NCBI RefSeq assembly: GCF_036365525.1
Contig: NC_090406.1
Span: forward strand, 29,618,854-29,682,853
Reading direction: 5' to 3'
From: Heterodontus francisci
Lineage: Eukaryota
DNA length: 64,000 bases
Position 1 is the first letter of the stretch. Each line of letters starts with the position of its first letter. The notes below the pieces were generated by a model, which made no database searches, was not told where the DNA came from, and worked only from the letters and a program-made list of their open reading frames with translations. Made by a program: the position numbers and the translations under genes. Positions 1 through 13,435 of the stretch are shown here, piece after piece.

Positions 1-138
1 TTGCACTAGGTATGATTCCAACCAGCAGAGAGTTTTCCCCTGATTCCCATTGACTCCAGTTTTGCTAGGGCTCCTTGATGCCATACTCGGTCAAATGCTG
101 CCTTGATGTCAAGGGCAGTCACTCTCACCTCACCTCAC
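1..138 (-). mobile_element. CR1/L2-group LINE reverse transcriptase fragment (cut by the window edge)
   Basis: Minus strand reads EVRVTALDIKAAFDRVWHQG, the LINE RT 'LDxxxAFDxVxH' motif. Confidence 0.7.
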
Positions 139-142
139 TTGG

Positions 143-280
143 GGAGGTGGTGCATAGTGATATTATCACTGGACTAGTAACCCAAAGACCCAGGTTATTG
201 CTTTGGCGACATGGGTTCAAATTCCACCACGGCAGATGGTGGAATTTGAATTCAATTAATAAATCTGGAATTAAAAGTTA
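143..280 (+). mobile_element. 5' part of a SacSINE1/Deu-domain-like SINE, interrupted by an RTE insertion
   Basis: tRNA-like head with a B-box-like GGTTCAAATTCC. The SINE-like sequence resumes at about 2781, right after the RTE tail. Confidence 0.55.
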
Positions 281-2780
281 AAATCACACGCAGCTTCCAC
301 AGTGCGGACTACGACACTGACCACTCCCTGGTGTGCAGCAAGGTTAGCCTCAAACCAAAGAGGCTGTATCACTCCAAGCAGAAGGGCCGCCCGCACATCA
401 ACACGAGCAGAATTTCTAATCCACAGCTGTTATGTAAGTTTCTAAATTCACTCGAAAAAGCCCTTCAAAACACTCCCACAAGGGATACAGAGGCCAAGTG
501 GGCCCACATCAGAGACGCCACTTCTCAGCAATGACCACCTATGGCAAATGTGTGAAGCGGAATGCAGACTGGTTTCAATCTCACATTGAAGAGCTGGAAC
601 CTGTCTTAGCCACTAAGCGCATTGCACTGCTGAACTACAAGAAAGCCCCCAGCGAGTTAACATCCGTAGCACTTAAAGCAGCCAGAAGCACTGCACAAAG
701 AACAGCCAGGTGCTGCGCAAATGACTACTGGCAACACCTAGGCAGTCATATTCAGCTGGCCTCTGACACCGGAAATATCAGAGGAATGTATGATGGCATT
801 AAGAGGGCTTTTGGGCCAACCATCATGAAGATTGACCCCCTCAAATCTAAATCAGGGGACACAATCACTGACCAACGCAAGCAAATGGACCGCTGGGTGG
901 AACACTACCTAGAACTGTACTCCAGGGAAAATGTTATCACTGAGACCGCCCTCAATGCAGCCCAGTCTCTGCCGGTCATGGATGAGCTGGACGTACAGCC
1001 AACAAAATTGGAACTCAGTGATGCCATTGATTCTCTAGCCAGCGGAAAAGCCCCTGGGAAGGACGGCATTACCCCTGAAATCATCAAGTGCCAAGCCTGC
1101 TATACTTTCAGCACTGTACGAACTGCTTTGCCTGTGCTGGGACGAGGGAGCAGTACCACAGGACATGCGCGATGCCAATATCATCACCCTCTATAAGAAC
1201 AAGGGTGACCGTGGTGACTGCAACAACTACCGTGGAATCTCCCTGCTCAGCATAGTGGGGAAAGTCTTCACTTGAGTCACTTTAAACAGGCTCCAGAAGC
1301 TGGCTGAGCGTGTCTACCCTGAGGCACAGTGTGGCTTTCGAGCAGAGAGATCCACCATTGACATGCTGTTTTCCCTTTGACAACTACAGGAGAAATGTCG
1401 TGAACAACAGATGCCCCTCTACGTTGCTTTCATTGATCTCACCAAAGCCTTTGACCTTGTCAGCAGACGTGGTCTCTTCAGACTACTAGAAAAGATTGGA
1501 TGTCCACCAAAGCTACTAAGTATCATCACCTCATTCCATGACAACGTGAAAGGCACAATTCAGCATAGCGGCGCCTCATCAGACCCCTTTCCTATCCTGA
1601 GTGGCGTGAAACAGGGCTGTGTTCTCGCACCTACACTGTTTGGGATCTTCTTCTCCCTGCTGCTCTCACATGTGTTCAAATCTTCAGAAGAAGGAATTTT
1701 CCTCCACACAAGATCAGGGGGCAGGTTGTTCAACCTTGCCCGTCTAAGAGCAAAGACCAAATTACGGAAAGTCCTCATCAGGGAACTCCTCTTTGCTGAC
1801 GACGCTGCATTAACATCTCACACTGAAGAGTGTCTGCAGAGACTCATTAACAGGATTGCGGCTGCCTGCAACGAATTTGGCCTAACCATCAGCCTCAAGA
1901 AAATGAACATCATGGGACAGGACGTCACAAAAGCCCCATCCATAAATATCGGCGACCACACTCTGGAAGTGGTTCAAGAGTTCACCTACCTTGGCTCAAC
2001 TATCGCCAGTAACCTGTCTCTCGATGCAGAAATCAACAAGCACATGGGAAAGGCTTCCACTGCTATGTCCAGACTGGCCAAGAGAGTGTGGGAAAATGGC
2101 GCACTGACACGGAACACAAAAGTCCGAGTGTATCAAGCCTGTATCCTCAGTACCTTGCTCTACGGCAGCAAGGCCTGGACAACGTACGTCAGCCAAGAGC
2201 GATGTCTCAATTCATTCCATTTTCGCTGCCTCCGGAGGATCCTTGGCATCAGGTGGCAGGACCGTATCTCCAACATTAAAGTCCTCGAGGCGACCAACAT
2301 CCCCACCATATACACCCTATTAAGCCAGCGGCGCCTGAGATGGCTTGGCCATGTGAGCCGCATGGCAGGATCCCCAAGGACACATTGTACAGCGAGCTCG
2401 CCACTGGTATCAGACCCACCGGCTGTCCTTGTCTTCGCTTTAAAGACGTCTACAAACGCGACATGAAGTCCTGTGACATTGATCACAAGTCGTGGGAGTC
2501 AGTTGCCAGCGATCGCCAGAGCTGGCGGGCAACCATAAAGGCGGGGCTAAAGCGTGGCGAGTCGAAGAGACTTAGCAGTTGGCAGGAAAAAAGGCAGAAG
2601 CGTAAGGAGAGAGCCAACTGTGTAACAGCCCCGACAACCAATTTTATCTTCAGCACCTGTGGAAGAGTCTGCCACTCTAGAATTGGCCTTTATAGCCACT
2701 CCAGGCGCTGCTTCACAAACCACTGACCATCTCCAGGCGCTTACCCATTGTCTCTCAAGACAAGGAGGCCAAAGAAGAAG
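281..2780 (+). mobile_element. RTE-clade LINE, 5'-truncated, with frameshifts and stops
   Basis: ORFs 498-1196, 1411-2466 and 2340-2726 give KAPGKDGI, FIDLTKAFD, GVKQGCVLAP, LFADD, YLGS, RRLRWLGHV and a C-terminal CGRVCHSRIGLYSHSRRC motif. Short 3' UTR ending in a (GAA)n tail. Confidence 0.93.
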
Positions 2781-2975
2781 AATGATTGCCATGAAAACAT
2801 TGTCGATTGTTGTAAAAACCCAGCTGGTTCTCTAATGTAATTTTGGGAAGGAAATTTGCCATCCTTACCTGGTCTGGCCTACATGTGATTCCAGACCCAC
2901 AGCAATGTGGTTGACTCTTAATGCCCTCTTAGATGGCCAAGCAAGCCACTCAGTTGTATCAAACTGCTACAAAGT
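2781..2975 (+). mobile_element. 3' part of the SacSINE1/Deu-like SINE
   Basis: GGAAGGAAATTTGCCATCCTTACCTGGTCTGGCCTACATGTGA...GCAATGTGGTTGACTCTTAA resembles the Deu-SINE core as recalled. Confidence 0.55.
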
Positions 2976-2979
2976 TGGG

Positions 2980-3890
2980 GAATTTCAGAGCGTAGGGCTC
3001 AGGCAGCAGAAGGCACATCTACTAACGCTGTATTGATGAAAATCAGGGGTGCGCATGAGGCTAGAATTGGAGGAGTGCAGAGATCTTGGAGGGTTGCAAG
3101 GCTGAAGGAGGTTACAGAGATAGAGCAGGGTGAGGCCATGGAAGGGATTTGAACATCGGATTAGAATGTTAAATTCAAGGCATTGCCAGAGTGAGCATAG
3201 GGGTAATGGGTAAGTTTAGTTTAGTTTAGAGATACAGCACTGAAACAGGCCCTTCGGCCCACCGAGTCTGTGCCGACCATCAACCACCCATTTATACTAA
3301 TCCTACACTAATCCTTTATTCCTACCACATCCCCACCTGTCCCTATATTTCCCTACCACCTACCTATACTAGGGGCAATTTATAATGGCCAATTTACCAA
3401 GGACTTGGTGTGAGTTAAGATTGGGGCAGCAGAGTTTTGGATGAGCTGAAGTTGTGGGGGGGATGGAAAAAAGGGGGAGACTGGTCAGAAGAGCATTGGA
3501 ATAGTAGAGTCTGGAGCTAACAAATGTATGGACTATGGTTTCGGCAACAGATGGACTGAGACAGGGGTGGAGGCAGGCGATATTATGGAGGCGGTTGTAA
3601 GTAGCCTTGGATATGGGGGGATCACAATCTCAGCTCAGGAATAAATTGGATGGGAATGTTGTAAACAGCTTCAGATAGTGCCCAGGGAGAGGGATGGAGT
3701 TGGTGCATAGGGAACAGAGTTTGTGATGGGGTCATCTTCACAATATTTAATTGGAGGAAATTTCTGCTTATCCAATACTGAATGCAGGGGTCAAGAAAGG
3801 TGGTGATAAGGTAGATCTGGGTGTCATCAGCATACATGTGGAATGTGTCATTGTGTTTTGATATGATGTCACCAAGGGGTAGCCTGTAGA
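2980..3890 (-). mobile_element. Decayed L2-like LINE 3' region, with a SINE tail inserted at about 3215-3400
   Basis: Minus ORF 3622-3837 reads YADDTQIY...[10 protein letters not shown], typical of L2 RT. 3225-3398 matches the tail of the SINEs at 24960 and 47431. Confidence 0.65.
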
Positions 3891-5751
3891 TGAAATATAG
3901 AAATAGATATCTTAATTGGCTACTGGTGCCCCCTGATGCCTCAGATTTGACATTTGTATCCTCACATTTAAATCCGTATATGAATATTTATTTTGCTGTA
4001 TTATTTGCTGCCTTTTTTCATGATGTGCAGAGGCAGAGGAGTGTGCAGCAGCCCCCTACTCAGAATTCAAAGCGAAGTGACTTTGATTGGCACCTACTTC
4101 GGAGTCCTTCGAAAGAGGGGAGGGGCCCTGATTTACAGATGTCTCCAGTTAATGATAGGTTGGTGGTCAGAAAATTCTGCTCACAAACCAATGTTGGTAC
4201 TTTTCACACGAACAGAGAATAAAACATTTAGCGTGTTTCAAATCCCCAGTTACCAACTGTAATACTGAGTGATTTAAAATTCCTTACGAGCCGGACAAGT
4301 GCAATCAGGTCAGTTTGAGGTTGTAAATATGGTAAGAGAAAGCAAGTAATGTATTTATTATTTTACATATCAAGGATTGTAGTCTCACTGTGAAAACTGT
4401 GTTTTATTTATTTATAAATGTCACAAATAAAACCATTTGTTCATTCAAAGCCTGTGTCTACATTTTGTAAGAGTGCTTCTCCAGTCTGCCTTCTGTAAAC
4501 ACAGAATTCATATTGTGGCATGCGATATATACTAGGAGCTGGGGTATGGAGCAAGTGTTCTCTGTTCTAATCCTGGATCATGCTAATCATTCATTTAGAT
4601 ATTGGACAGAAAAGAAACTATCTGGATTACAGGAGATATGAGATCTATTTACTGGGGTAACTGATATCTAGTCTAGTTACTTGTAAGATTATGGAATGGT
4701 AAATCTATAAAATATGCAATGAATATCAGTGAGAAGATATTAGATGAGTCATTTCTGCTTTTCAGCACTTTCACACCAGAGCTCGCTTTTGAATCATCTT
4801 ACACTATCCAGACTTTATTTTATTAACAGGTATACAAAGCCCAAATCCATCACAACCAGAACACTGTAAAAATTCCTCTACTTGCAAGTCATTCTCTCTC
4901 TCAAAGTCAAACACAAAGATGCACCAACCAACACCACTTTTATTAATTAAACAATACCCATCATAACTAATGCCACTGTAAAGTTAAGCATGGAGAATTA
5001 CAAAAAGAACTTGATTCTTAAATGTATCTCAGTCTTAGCTAGGTTTTTACTTATTGACAGTATTACAGAGCTATGTTCAATATCCAGAACTAGAATACAG
5101 TTAGTAAGGTTAAGCTTACAGTTCGTATTCAACATGATCCAGGCTACTTCCGAAGTGAAAACATAAACATGACCTCTTCCCTTAATGGGTTGGCTTATGT
5201 AGCTTTGCCTTCCTCCTGACTCATCCTGAGGAGCTGCTGTCCATGGTAATTGTCACCATCTATGGTTGTTGTCTTTCTTTGAATATCATGCTCTCAACCA
5301 CTCTTAAGTGACTTAGCATGCACTTTATCTCTTTATACTGAATAATATTGCTTTCCTTTCTCTGGGTTTGGAGATGTAAACCGTTAAGCATTAGCTATGA
5401 TGCACTTTAGAGTTTACTTCTGTTCAATTAAACTTTTAATTCCCTGCTTCTTTTAGAAATGCTTCAAAAATTCTTCAGTTTTTTTTCTAACTTTCCTGAA
5501 ATATTTCTTTCTCTACTTTCTAGTTTTGCTCTGGATTCTATGGGGGTTAAATTGATTAGCACCCCCCCCCCAAAAAAAAAAACAGGCACAGGGCTTGTGG
5601 TGAACCCATGCCCATTCAGTGAAATGTAGGTAGTATACCACTATTGTGCAGCTTGCTCATAATAATATTAGCCTGCAGCCAGTGCTCCCGTGCTGTTCAT
5701 TAGCTGCACAGCTCAGCAGGGCCCCAATATGGTTCCAGCCTAGCACTATTT

Positions 5752-5980
5752 AAATCTGAAATAAAAACAGAAAATGCAGGTAATACTGACCACCACTGAC
5801 CACCTCCAGGCGCGTATCCATTGTCTCTCGAGATAAGGAGGCCCAAAAGCAACTGATGTAAAGTCACAGACCTGAAGCATTAACTGTTTTTCTCTCAAAA
5901 TGCTGCCAAACCTTCTGAGTATTTCCAGAAATTTCTGTTTTCATTTCAGATTTCCAACATCCGCGGTATTTTTCTTTTCT
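5752..5980 (+). mobile_element. Short Penelope terminal (pLTR) remnant with a degenerate hammerhead motif and an inserted RTE 3' end
   Basis: 5752-5786 is an inverted copy of about 5918-5953. 5853-5885 reads CTGATGTA-AAGTC-ACA-GACCT-GAAG-CATTAACT. 5789-5848 matches the RTE 3' UTR at about 2719-2775. Confidence 0.6.
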
Positions 5981-6120
5981 ACTACTTAAAGCTGGTCTGC
6001 ACTACTTGAAATCAGCCCGCACCTCTTCAAAGGAAGGTGCATTGTGGCTATTGGAGGTACTGAGATTATTGGGATTAGTGTGCTGTGCAACAATCAACGA
6101 TGATTGGCCATGGAAAAAAG

Positions 6121-6240
6121 TGGACACCAAGGTTTTCAGGTGCTGCGCTAGAGGTTTTGGTGAAAGAGGCGAATGGAGGAGAAATGTCCTGTACTCTCAG
6201 GGCATGCTCAGAAAGCAATGGCAAGAAATAGTGGAAGAGC
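6121..6240 (+). pseudogene. Decayed Harbinger-type Myb/SANT (NAIF1/MSANTD-like) coding fragment
   Basis: TPRFSGAALEVLVKE, then after a frameshift WRRNVLYSQG..LRKQWQEIVEE. Same pattern as 15128-15350. Confidence 0.5.
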
Positions 6241-9200
6241 AATCCAGCAATCTGTTCTCCACAGATCTGCTTCCTAAAGATCTTCTATGGATCAGTCTTC
6301 AACCTTGCTGATTTTGCTAACCTCTGTAATTATGTGGACCTCATCTTGGGTTGTAATGTTGTGGCCATGATGCAACTATTGGAGACATTGTCCCTAATGA
6401 AAAGCTGTCAATTCAGTAGTTTGTTACCTACAATAGAAGATAGAACCATCCAAACTCTTCAGAGCTGCAGTATTGAGGTACACCTCATTTATTTCATCAG
6501 AGCAATGCTGTGTGTCATTCTGGTCTGCATAGGATTAGATTTCATCAGCTTTCTTATCCTTTCAGTTATATTTCATTTGCCACAACATAGCTTGAACCAG
6601 AATAATTTTGTGATAAAATTTCTTTGCAGTCAAGTTCATTACCTGCAGGTGCTATACTGCAGGCAAGTTCTGCAGTGATAGTACAGTTCTTGTTCATTGT
6701 TTGGGTCCATCAGTATAGAGTCATAGAGTTATACAGCACAGAAGTAGGCCCTTCGGCCCATTGTGCCTGTGCCGACCAAGTATAATCACATCTAAGTGGC
6801 TAAAGAACTTTGAGACAGCTCTGTGACTATATGGTTGGCCTGCTGGTAGTAGTTTGAAGCATACCATGTAGTGGTCAGTCCAGCATTCTGCTCCACGGCG
6901 TTGGTCATTCTTACATGCTGCAAATTACTTTGCCAAATGCTGTTGTAATCAACAAGAAGCCACATCTTTGTTACAGGATGCATCCAGGATGTTTCATGTT
7001 TGTCTGTCTGAAAGAAGATTGCACTAGGGAAAGAAAGAGCTTGCATTTATTAGTGATAACCAGTGTATGCTTGACATAACGGCTGCAAAACCGGACTCCA
7101 TAGCACTGCTGGTGTCGTCGCTACAGGAGCCCGGAGTGTCAAAAATGATTAATTTGCTTCCAGCCACAGCCGTGGTGCACCATACTAGTGTGGGCATGCT
7201 GTGTATGTGCCGGAAGCATGTAGAGTGGAAATATCACTCAGCATCTAATGTAAAACTCGCCCCCCACCCCACCCCCCCCAAACCACAACTTGCATTATTT
7301 AACGGGATTAGCATGGGACTTCCAGGTGAGTTGCTTGTAACTTTCTTTTGCTGCTGCAGAGTTAGTGGGAGATCTGTCTACTGTGTTGTTGGAGGAGTTC
7401 TGAATAGTTGTTGGAGTCAGAAGAGAGTGGTGCTGGACTTTTCCCTTAGTGTTCAGTAGCATTTCAAGGCCTGTCATCAGAAAGCCTGCTATTGCTCATG
7501 GGGCTATAATTACAGTCGCTCTTGGCTGCAGAACAACAGAAACATTGAGCACAGGCAGCAGAGAGGGCAAGCTGTGCACAGAGGGTGGAGGAGAGGGAAG
7601 GCTCTCAGTAGAAGGCTGTACCAACTTTGGGTCTTCGGGGAGCATTTCTCCTACCTCACCTCAGCCAGGAGCAGTGTTTGAGGTGGCTATGTTTCACCAG
7701 AACAGTGTCACCTCCTTCAACTGGACCAGCAACCTCAGAGCAGGGAAAGGTGGACAGGCATTGGCTGTGGTGATCATGATGACCCAAAATTTCTAGACCT
7801 CGGGATCCTTGCAGACTGGAGTCAACAGCATTGCTAACCTCTCACAGCTCTCTGTGCATAGCTGCGTCAGGGAGGTAACAGATGCGCTGTAGGCCATGAG
7901 AGGGGACTTCATCATCTTTTCTTGAACCAGCAGGAAGAGTGGGTAAGTAGCTTTGCCAGCGTGGTGAGATTCCCAATGGTGCAGGCAGCACAGTCTGCGG
8001 GTGCCGTATATCTCACTCCAGTCAGCCTGGTCCCATCCAGTGCAACAGTGATGTCTGAACAAGCCAGTTTTCAAGCTATCAAAACAGTTCTCTATTCCAT
8101 TCTTTCAATGACTTGCCAGTCAAGAAAGGTTCTGATGTTGCACAAAGCCAATGTCAAGTTCTGTTCTTTGTCAGTTTTATGACTGGAATATAAACGGTAA
8201 CCTATTAGCCACAGTGAAATGGCCTGACTGTTAACATTTGGGCCACCTTTTCTAGTCCTTTTCCCCATGCATGTGCATAGCATAATCCCTAAAAAGGGCT
8301 TCTCAGTTATCTAGGATACTGCTAAAAGTAGCTGCAGCATTAGATATCCAACGCAAATCGACTTGAATCCCTTCATGTAAGTCCACAGTTGAAGCTCCCT
8401 GCAACACCATTCCTTGCTGCTTTACTAGTCACGCACCGCGACAGTGCTTCTATTTCCCTGTCTGCCCTGCAAAAACGGCTGTGTCCCTTATTTTGTGATC
8501 CAATGGCAAACACAAAATGAAAATTTCGAGATTAACATCAACAATCTTTCAACACTTTCCACTTCCCTTTAATGCAGTAGACGCTGTTGTAGCTGGAGAT
8601 GGAGGATTCACTAATCTCATTGCATTAAATTAGAGCCATCAGTAATGAAATGATGATTGTACTTGGACAGGGACTAGGCATTTAACAGCATAACTGCTGT
8701 TTGTCCAGCCTCCACACTTTCACCTTCTCAGCATGAGTGGTCTTATCAATAGCAGAGCTACAGCTGGGAAATAGGTATTCAGGTCATGAAGACTGGCAAG
8801 CCTCTTCACCACAACCTGTAGATAGGGTTGTGTGACATGTAGGAAGAGAGGGCAGAGGAAGAAAATGGTGCTGAAAAGCCACCTGCAGACTAGGCAATAG
8901 AGACTGGAGTGAGTTGTGAAAGGTAGTCTAGCCCATTCATTTTCAAAGACCTGCAAATAATTCCCCACTTTATTTTCACAATTTTTTTGCTATAATTCAC
9001 AAGAGGAAAATACAGTCTTACAGTACATAAGCAAATGAAAACATGTGTTTTCACAATTGTCAACTTTCATAAAATTGTTATGCTAAGCAACCTTTTGGAT
9101 TTAAATAGCTGTCATTTAAAATCTATATATGTTATAATATGCAATACAAGTTGTACTAGAGCAGTACTAAGGGAGTGCTGCATTGTTGTAAGTGCTACCT

Positions 9201-9994
9201 TCCAATGAGATAATACATCAAAGTCCCATCTGCCCACCAGGCTAATTTAGGTGATAAAGGTGCTATCATATTACCTGAAGAGAAGCAGGGAAGTCGCCTG
9301 GTCATAGAGTCACTACAGCACAGGAGGAGGCCATTCAGCCCATCAAGTTCATGCCTAATCAAACATTCAACCCTCAACTAAAGTTACTAAAACTGTCATT
9401 CATCTCATTGTTGTTTGTGTAATCTTGCTTAGGGCAAAATGGCTACTACATTTGCCAACATAATAACAGTCACTGCACGTGAATGCACAATATTTGAAAA
9501 GCTTTGAGGTGCTTCTGAGAGATGCGTTAAGATTTCAAACAAATACTAGTCTTTAGGTGCTTTTGCAGGGGTGTTTGTTTAATTTAGATTGTTGCAGGCA
9601 GTGCTTATGCACAGTCATTTAAATCTAGCTGTCATACAAACTGAATGTAAAAATTAGAATCCCCTTTCTTAATCATCTATTTAATTTTAAATTGAATTTA
9701 TTTATCCAGAATGCATCCACCTGGTCATTTCTTTATATAGCTACTGAAATTCTTGTAGCATGTGAGGCCTTGTGAGAAAAATGAATATTTCCTTAATTTT
9801 CCTAGAACCATTATGCACAGTGCCTGCACAGGCCACAGCTGAATCCCAAAGTTTTTATGGCTATTTACCAGATGAAATTGGGAGAAGTTTCTTCATACAC
9901 ACTGCCTCATTAGCCATCTCCATCTTCAGCAGTGGCAATATCTATCTGCAACTTTTCCTACCTTGTTGCAATGTCATTGGTGTGTGTGTTGAGT

Positions 9995-10744
9995 TTACAG
10001 AATCAGACACATCCTTGAGGTCTGTGCACATGCTTTGAAACGCCTCTTCCTGCTTTCATTCAGCCTGGTTCTTGCAGGGCAGTTGCTCACCATGATAGGA
10101 TCCTCTGAATAGCGCCTCTTTTGGCTCTGGTGGAGAATGATGCGGTAAGTCCCAGTAATGGGACTGCGGGAGTCCCAATTAAGATTATTGCAGATGTGTT
10201 CTTCTGTGATTCCCAGGTTCCTCAATGCTTTCTTCACCTCCCTTTCCTCTTCCTTTAGAGGTAGAGAGCTGGCTAGGTGGGCTGGATTCAAATGGAATGG
10301 TTGGTATGGCTCTGGACATCCCAATCCCCTCAGCCACGGACTGTCCAGGATGTTGGCCAGGGTGTAGCGGTTTGTTGGAATGGGTTGAAGAATTCCATGG
10401 ATTAGTTTCTGGCAAGGATCTGATACATAAGCTGGAATTGTGTATGATCCTAATAAAATATGCTTTTTCAGCTTCCTGACAGTTTCTCCATAGAAAGGCA
10501 AGGTTGCTGTCACCATGAAGTACAGTAGGATACCAAGAGCCCAGATGTCCACGTGAATTCCAAAGTAGCTCTTCTCTCTGAATAACTCTGGAGCTGCATA
10601 TGGAGGGGAGCCACAACAAGTTTTTAAGGGTTCATTCAGTGGACACAGTGCACTGAAGCCAAAGTCACCCACCTTCACACAGTTAGTGGTTGAGTAGAAC
10701 ACATTTTCTGCCTTGAGATCCCGATGGACCACATTGTTCTCATG
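9995..10744 (-). CDS. NIM1K: NIM1K-like Ser/Thr kinase, last coding exon (coding exon 3)
   Basis: Acceptor ttacag|CAT. Encodes HENNVVHRDLKAEN, KVGDFG, TCCGSPPYAAPE, DIWALG and ends TSRMCLIL-stop (TAA 9997-9995). 750 nt, phase 0. Confidence 0.93.
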   Translation of the reverse strand, partial: HENNVVHRDLKAENVFYSTTNCVKVGDFGFSALCPLNEPLKTCCGSPPYAAPELFREKSYFGIHVDIWALGILLYFMVTATLPFYGETVRKLKKHILLGSYTIPAYVSDPCQKLIHGILQPIPTNRYTLANILDSPWLRGLGCPEPYQPFHLNPAHLASSLPLKEEEREVKKALRNLGITEEHICNNLNWDSRSPITGTYRIILHQSQKRRYSEDPIMVSNCPARTRLNESRKRRFKACAQTSRMCLIL

Positions 10745-10969
10745 CTGTAAAGGAAAATGGTAAGTTAGGCAGGCCAAATATGAAGCAATGAGGGAAGGAA
10801 CAGATAAGAGAAAATAGCCAGTCAGTTGTAATAAATGTACTAGGAGAACTAGGACCACCAAATACCAGGGCTACCACCAACGTCAGCTCCATTACTCCAT
10901 TCCAGTAATGACCTCACCCCAGAACATAGCCAAGATTAACATTTGTAATATTATCATCCTTTTTTCATA

Positions 10970-12065
10970 TTCGTGGTGTAGGGGGTAACATATTAGCATG
11001 GATAGAAGATTGGCTGGCTGGCAGAAAACAAAGAGCATGCATAAAGAGTTCTTTTCTGATGAGCAGGAGATCTGTGCTGGGGCCTCAACTTTTCACAATT
11101 TACATCAATGACTTAGATGAGGGGAGCAATGTCATGGTAGCTAAATTTGCAGATGACACAAAGATAGGTAGGAAAGTATATTGTGAAGAGGACATAAGGA
11201 GGTTGCAGACTGATATAGATAGGTTGAGTGAGTGGGCAAAAATCTGTCAGATGGAGTGTAATGTGGGAAAATGTGAAGTTGTTCACTTTGGCAGAAAGAA
11301 TAGAAAAGCAGAGTATTACTTAAATGGAGAACGACTGCAGAATTCCAAGGTGCAGAGGGATCTAGGTGTTGTAGTGCATGAGTCACAAAAAGTTAGTATG
11401 CAGATACAGAAAGTAATAAAGAAGGCTAATGCTATCCTTTATTAGGAGAGGAATTGAAAATAAAAGTAAGGATGCTATGCTTCAGTTATACAGAGTATTG
11501 GTGAGACATCTCGAATATTGTGTGCCGTTTTGGTCTCCTTATTTAAGGAAGGATGTAAATGTGTTGGAGGCAGTTCAGAGGAGGTTTACTAGATTGATAC
11601 CTGGAATGAGCGGGTTGTTTTACAAGGAAAGGTTGGACAAACTGGGCTTGTTTTCACTGGAGTTTAAAAGAGAGAGGGGAGACCTAATTGAAGTTTAGAA
11701 GATCCTGAATGGTTTTGACAAGGTGGATGTGGAAAGGATGTTTCTTCTTGTGGGTGAGTCCAGAACTAGGGGGCACTGTTTTAAAATTAGGAGTCACCTT
11801 TTTAGGGCAAAGATGAGGAGAATTTTTTTATCTCAGAGGGTTGTGCGACTTTGGAATTCTCTGCCTCAGAAGGTGGTGCAGGCAGGGTCATTGAATATTT
11901 TTAAGGTGGAGGTAGATAGATTCTTGTTAGGCAAGGGAATCAAAGGTTATCAGGGGTAGATGGGAGTGCGGAATTCAAGACACAAACAGATCAACCATGA
12001 TCTTATTGAATGGTGGAGCAGGCTCGAGGAGCTGAATGCCTACTTCTACTCTTAATTCGTATGTT
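10970..12065 (+). mobile_element. CR1 LINE 3' fragment
   Basis: SVLGPQLFTIYINDLD, KFADDTK, LEYCV..WSP, VQRRFTR, RVVRLWNSLP, followed by a CR1-type 3' UTR. Confidence 0.9.
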
Positions 12066-12087
12066 CACTTTACTTCTCTGACACTCT

Positions 12088-12820
12088 GGGCTGGATTTTC
12101 CTGTGATCTTCGGGACCCCGATGTTGGGACCAAATAGGGCTCCCAAGCCCACACTTGCCAGCAGCAAGACTGGCTCAGCAATCTTCCGGGAGATGGCCTC
12201 CTAATTGGCCGCCTCCACGCTCCCTATCCAATTAAGGACGCCGGGCGTGCTCTTGATATTGCTAACCCAGTCAGAGGGTCAGCAGCTCTGGAGCCTCAAC
12301 ACTCCCACCGGGAGAGGTGGGCGTTGATGAGGCAGGTCGGGGACTGCGAGGGCATCGCTAAATGGAGGCACCCTTGCTGGCCTGCACAACAATGCAAAAG
12401 TTAACACATGGCCTGCAGGTCCATTGGGATGGAGAGGAAACCCCTCCACTGGATAGGGATCGGCCGCGATTACAGCCTTTAATGCTTGATGCCCCGTCAA
12501 TGGAGCATAGAGCCTGCAGCTCTGATGGCCACTCCCCACCCCCCACCCCCCCCCCCCGAGCCTGTCACAGGGAGGCTCCGTTGAGCTGGTGGACTCTGCA
12601 AGCAGCAGTGGGCCACTCTGCAAGCGGCAAAATGCTGGGCAGGACACAAAATCAACCCTAATTGGGGTTTCAATTACCTTAATTGGCTGCCTACCTCCCT
12701 GGTACAGGTAGCCAATCCATTACCCAAACCACCCCTGGGAAACTTCCCGCACAGCGGGAATGTGTTGGGAAGCCGTCCCGACACGGCTCCCCACTATTTT
12801 CTACCAGTACCATTCCCTGG
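12088..12820. mobile_element. Probable non-autonomous DNA transposon (GC-rich, starts GGGCTGGATTTT)
   Basis: The left-end motif recurs in the window (16697, and reverse complement AAAATCCAGC at about 19530). Right end not resolved. Confidence 0.4.
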
Positions 12821-12957
12821 CCTGTGTCATTACTGCTCCTTTGCTTCCATCAATACTGCTCCAAGACATCAGTTAGCACTGTTCCCAATACCAGTTTGCT
12901 ATTCAGAGTTGGCATGTAATAATCTGAAATAACACAATAATGATGACTCATCTTTTT

Positions 12958-13435
12958 AGAGGCACTGGAGACTGTGCAAAATTTACAAAGATTATACCAG
13001 AGCTGAGAGATTATGCCTATAAGGAAAGATTGAACAAACTGGGGCTCTTTAAAAGAGAAGGCTGAGGGGTGACCATTAGAGATCTTTAAGATTATGAAAA
13101 AGTTCAATGGGGTAGATGTAGGGAAGATGTTTCCACTTGTGGGGGGGGCGAAGGAAATAACAAACTAGGAACCATAAATATAAGGTAGCCACTAATACAT
13201 CCAATAGGGAGTCAGGAGAAACATCTTTACCCAGAGAGTGCTCAGAACCCACTATCACCAGGAATAGTTGAGGGAATAGCAGAGATATATTTAAAGGGTA
13301 ACAAGATTAACACATGTCGGAGCAGGACATAGAAGATTATGCTGATAGGGTTAGATGAAGAGGGGTAGGAGGAGCCTCAGGTGGAACTGGCATAGCCCAA
13401 TTGGGCCGAATGGCCTGTTTCTGTGCAGTACATTC
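12958..13435 (+). mobile_element. Degenerate CR1 3' fragment
   Basis: Nucleotide similarity to the other CR1 3' ends (GGGCCGAATGGCCTGTTTCTGTG). Confidence 0.7.

Noticed and set aside
6300-6720. Possible RNase H remnant (minus strand YTDG..TAELA)
   Set aside because: Only two short motifs amid stops; too degenerate to call without a profile search.
7050-8300. Cluster of 60-130 aa ORFs
   Set aside because: No recognisable domain or coherent splice structure; probably decayed transposon sequence.
10745-10861. N-terminal hydrophobic extension of the 288-aa kinase ORF, resembling a signal peptide
   Set aside because: Intronic read-through upstream of the ttacag acceptor at 10745.
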